Source of the DNA: an uncultured Polyangiaceae bacterium
GTDB taxonomy: Bacteria > Myxococcota_A > Polyangia > Polyangiales > Polyangiaceae
Reading direction: 5' to 3'
DNA: 64,000 nt
Assembly (NCBI GenBank): GCA_964454025.1
Contig: CAYVRP010000002.1
Span: 55,242-119,241 of the forward strand
The translations under genes were made by a program, and so were the position numbers. Below, one piece after another: positions 62,107 through 64,000 of the stretch (its first letter is position 1; every line of letters begins with the position of its first letter). A model generated the notes under the pieces. The model had not been told where the DNA came from, did no database searches, and was given only the letters and a program-made list of their open reading frames with translations.

Positions 62107-63713
62107 CCGCGCCCGCGCAGGTGCGGGGCCACGCCTCGCTTGGCGACCGTGTCGGTCGCGAGCTCGGGCACGAGGGCGGGGCAGTCCAGGTTGAAGTGCA
62201 GCCCGCGGCTCTCCCGGCGCGCCATCGCCGAGGAGACGATGAGGTCGGCCACGGTCGCGATGTTGCGGAGCTCGAGCAGGTCGCGGGTGACCAGGTGCTT
62301 CCAGTAGTAGTCCCGGATCTCGTCCTGCAGCACCGTGATGCGCCGCGAGGCGCGCAGCAGCCGGGCGTCGCTGCGCACGATCCCGACGTAGTTCCACATG
62401 AGCCGGCGGAGCTCGTCCCAGTTGTGAGAGACGATCACCGCCTCGTCGCTCGGAACGGCCTCCCCGATCTGCCACTCCGGCACCTCGGGGAACGGGACGG
62501 CGCGGAGCTCGGCGATCTTCTCCTCGAGCTTGGCGGCGGCCCGGATGGCGAAGACGAGCCCCTCGAGGAGCGAGTTCGACGCCAGCCGGTTCGCCCCGTG
62601 CAGGCCGGTGCAGGCCGTCTCCCCCACCGCCCACAGGCCGGGGACGCTGGTGCGACCGCGCATGTCGGTGGTGACGCCGCCGCACATGTAGTGGGCGGCG
62701 GGCACCACGGGAATGGGGGCGGCGGCCAGATCGTAGCCCCAACGCCGGCACTCGGCGTCGATGTTCGGGAAGCGCGCGGCGATGAACTCGCGGCTCTTGC
62801 TGGTGATGTCGAGCAGCACGTACTCCGAGCCCGTGCGCTTCATCTCGTGGTCGATCGCCCGCGCCACGACGTCGCGCGGGGCCAGATCCGCCCGCGGGTG
62901 GTACCGCCCCATGAACGCCTCCCCGCTCTGCAGGCGCAGCACGGCGCCCTCTCCGCGGAGCGCCTCGCTGATGAGGAAGTTCTTGGCGCGCGGATCGAAG
63001 AGCACGGTGGGGTGGAACTGGTAGAATTCCATGTTCGCCACCTCGGCGCCGGCCCGGTACGCCATGGCCACGCCGTCGCCGCTGGAGACGTCGGGGCTCG
63101 ACGTGTATAGGTAGACCTTGCCCGCGCCGCCGGGGGCGAGCACCGTCGCCCGGGCCAGGATCGTCTCCACCCGCGCGCCGCGCTCGGCGAGGACGTAGGC
63201 GCCCACGCAACGGTCGGAGTTGCCGTAGCGGGGCAAGGTGATAAGGTCGATGGCCATGTGCCACTCGAGCACCTGGATCCGGGGGTGCGCGCGCACCGCT
63301 GCCGCCAGCACGTTCTCGATCTCGCGCCCCGTGATGTCCCCGGCGTGGGCGACGCGGCGCTGCGAGTGACCCCCCTCGCGGCCGAGATCGAGCTGCCCGT
63401 CGTCACCGTGCGTCAGCTCCAGGCCGAGGCTGCCGAGCCACCGGACGGCCGCGGGACCCTCGCGGACACACACCTCCACCACGATGTCGTGGCAGAGGCC
63501 GGCGCCGGCCTCGAGCGTGTCCTTGACGTGCTGCTCGAAGCTGTCGCGCTCGGAGAGCACCGCGGCCACCCCGCCCTGCGCCCGCGCGGTCGCGCAGTCG
63601 TCGAGCGACCGCTTGGTCACGATCAGCACCTCGCCATGCGCCGCCGCGTGCAGGGCGAAGGTGAGCCCGGCGACACCGCTGCCGAGCACCAGGTAGTCCG
63701 TCGTGAGGGGCAT
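62103..63713 (-). CDS. nadB: L-aspartate oxidase
   Basis: The FAD motif is DYLVLGSGVAGL, followed by AQGGVAAV, HPTVL, CGGV and GLHGANRLASNSLLEG. Confidence 0.93.
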   Translation of the reverse strand: MPLTTDYLVLGSGVAGLTFALHAAAHGEVLIVTKRSLDDCATARAQGGVAAVLSERDSFEQHVKDTLEAGAGLCHDIVVEVCVREGPAAVRWLGSLGLELTHGDDGQLDLGREGGHSQRRVAHAGDITGREIENVLAAAVRAHPRIQVLEWHMAIDLITLPRYGNSDRCVGAYVLAERGARVETILARATVLAPGGAGKVYLYTSSPDVSSGDGVAMAYRAGAEVANMEFYQFHPTVLFDPRAKNFLISEALRGEGAVLRLQSGEAFMGRYHPRADLAPRDVVARAIDHEMKRTGSEYVLLDITSKSREFIAARFPNIDAECRRWGYDLAAAPIPVVPAAHYMCGGVTTDMRGRTSVPGLWAVGETACTGLHGANRLASNSLLEGLVFAIRAAAKLEEKIAELRAVPFPEVPEWQIGEAVPSDEAVIVSHNWDELRRLMWNYVGIVRSDARLLRASRRITVLQDEIRDYYWKHLVTRDLLELRNIATVADLIVSSAMARRESRGLHFNLDCPALVPELATDTVAKRGVAPHLRGRG

Positions 63714-63883
63714 CGCGCCGAGCGGCGTCGAACTTTGAACCCCCGGACCAGGTTTGGCAATCGGGGGCAGGCGAGCGGCGGCGCGCCCTCGCGCGGCCGC
63801 TGGCGTTGCGGCCCCCGCGCCAGCGCGCTATTGCGGGCCGCACGCGCCGCGGGGGCACGCCGCCCTCGCGCCGCGCCCCGCCC

Positions 63884-64000
63884 GTGAAGATCCTCGTCCC
63901 GCTCGAGCGCGTCGCGGACCTCGACCGCGCGGATCGACTCGCCGTCACCGCGGCCGGCGACGACCTCGACCTGCGCGCCCTCGAGCGGCAGACTAACCCC
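63884..64000 (+). CDS. Possible 5' end of an electron-transfer flavoprotein beta-subunit gene (runs off the window)
   Basis: GTG at 63884 is followed by 39 codons in frame to the window edge with very high GC3. VKILVPLERVADLD...LERQTNP resembles the EtfB N-terminus (MKILV..K.V.D......NP.D). The fragment is too short for a firm call. Confidence 0.4.
   Translation, partial: MKILVPLERVADLDRADRLAVTAAGDDLDLRALERQTNP

Overview
This is a 64-kb chromosomal window from a very GC-rich genome. By eye it is well above 70% G+C, and third codon positions in real genes are almost all G/C. The gene content fits a myxobacterium-like deltaproteobacterium: an MglA-family GTPase, a MYXO-CTERM-like tail, many Gly-rich lipoproteins, an NtrC-type enhancer-binding protein and an ECF sigma/anti-sigma pair. 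That taxonomic assignment is inference only.

I call about 52 CDS. I picked the real frame among many GC-driven shadow ORFs using recognisable family motifs, signal peptides/lipoboxes, GC3 saturation and start/stop coupling. The ORF track prints GTG/TTG starts as M and always takes the longest ORF, so several starts are trimmed by hand.

Main content, in order:
- dockerin-type lipoprotein
- B12-type radical SAM enzyme with a tiny secreted protein directly upstream
- qor
- operon of ECF sigma, anti-sigma, secreted repeat protein and trypsin-like protease
- operon of receiver, histidine kinase and NtrC-like regulator
- DJ-1/PfpI protein
- plsB-mepA-DNA methyltransferase
- NhaD/ArsB-type permease
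- L,D-transpeptidase-like protein
- sbcDC
- tandem-DUF3237 lipoprotein
- an isolated hypFCDE / hypAB hydrogenase-maturation cluster
- inactive M16 peptidase homologue
- class II ribonucleotide reductase nrdJ with a long structured leader
- operon of MglA-like GTPase, soluble histidine kinase and thiL
- argH, thrH, a Gfo/Idh/MocA oxidoreductase, hflX, a stand-alone KAS III, typA
- XRE-cupin regulator
- tandem Tudor-like lipoprotein
- nadB-CPBP protease-patatin operon
- the start of an etfB-like gene

I saw no rRNA, tRNA, CRISPR array, transposase, integrase or obvious prophage or defence island. Nothing here is a clear-cut novel system. The best candidates for undescribed biology are the GTPase-kinase module, the nrdJ leader RNA, the CPBP-patatin pair coupled to nadB, and the radical SAM/small secreted protein pair.
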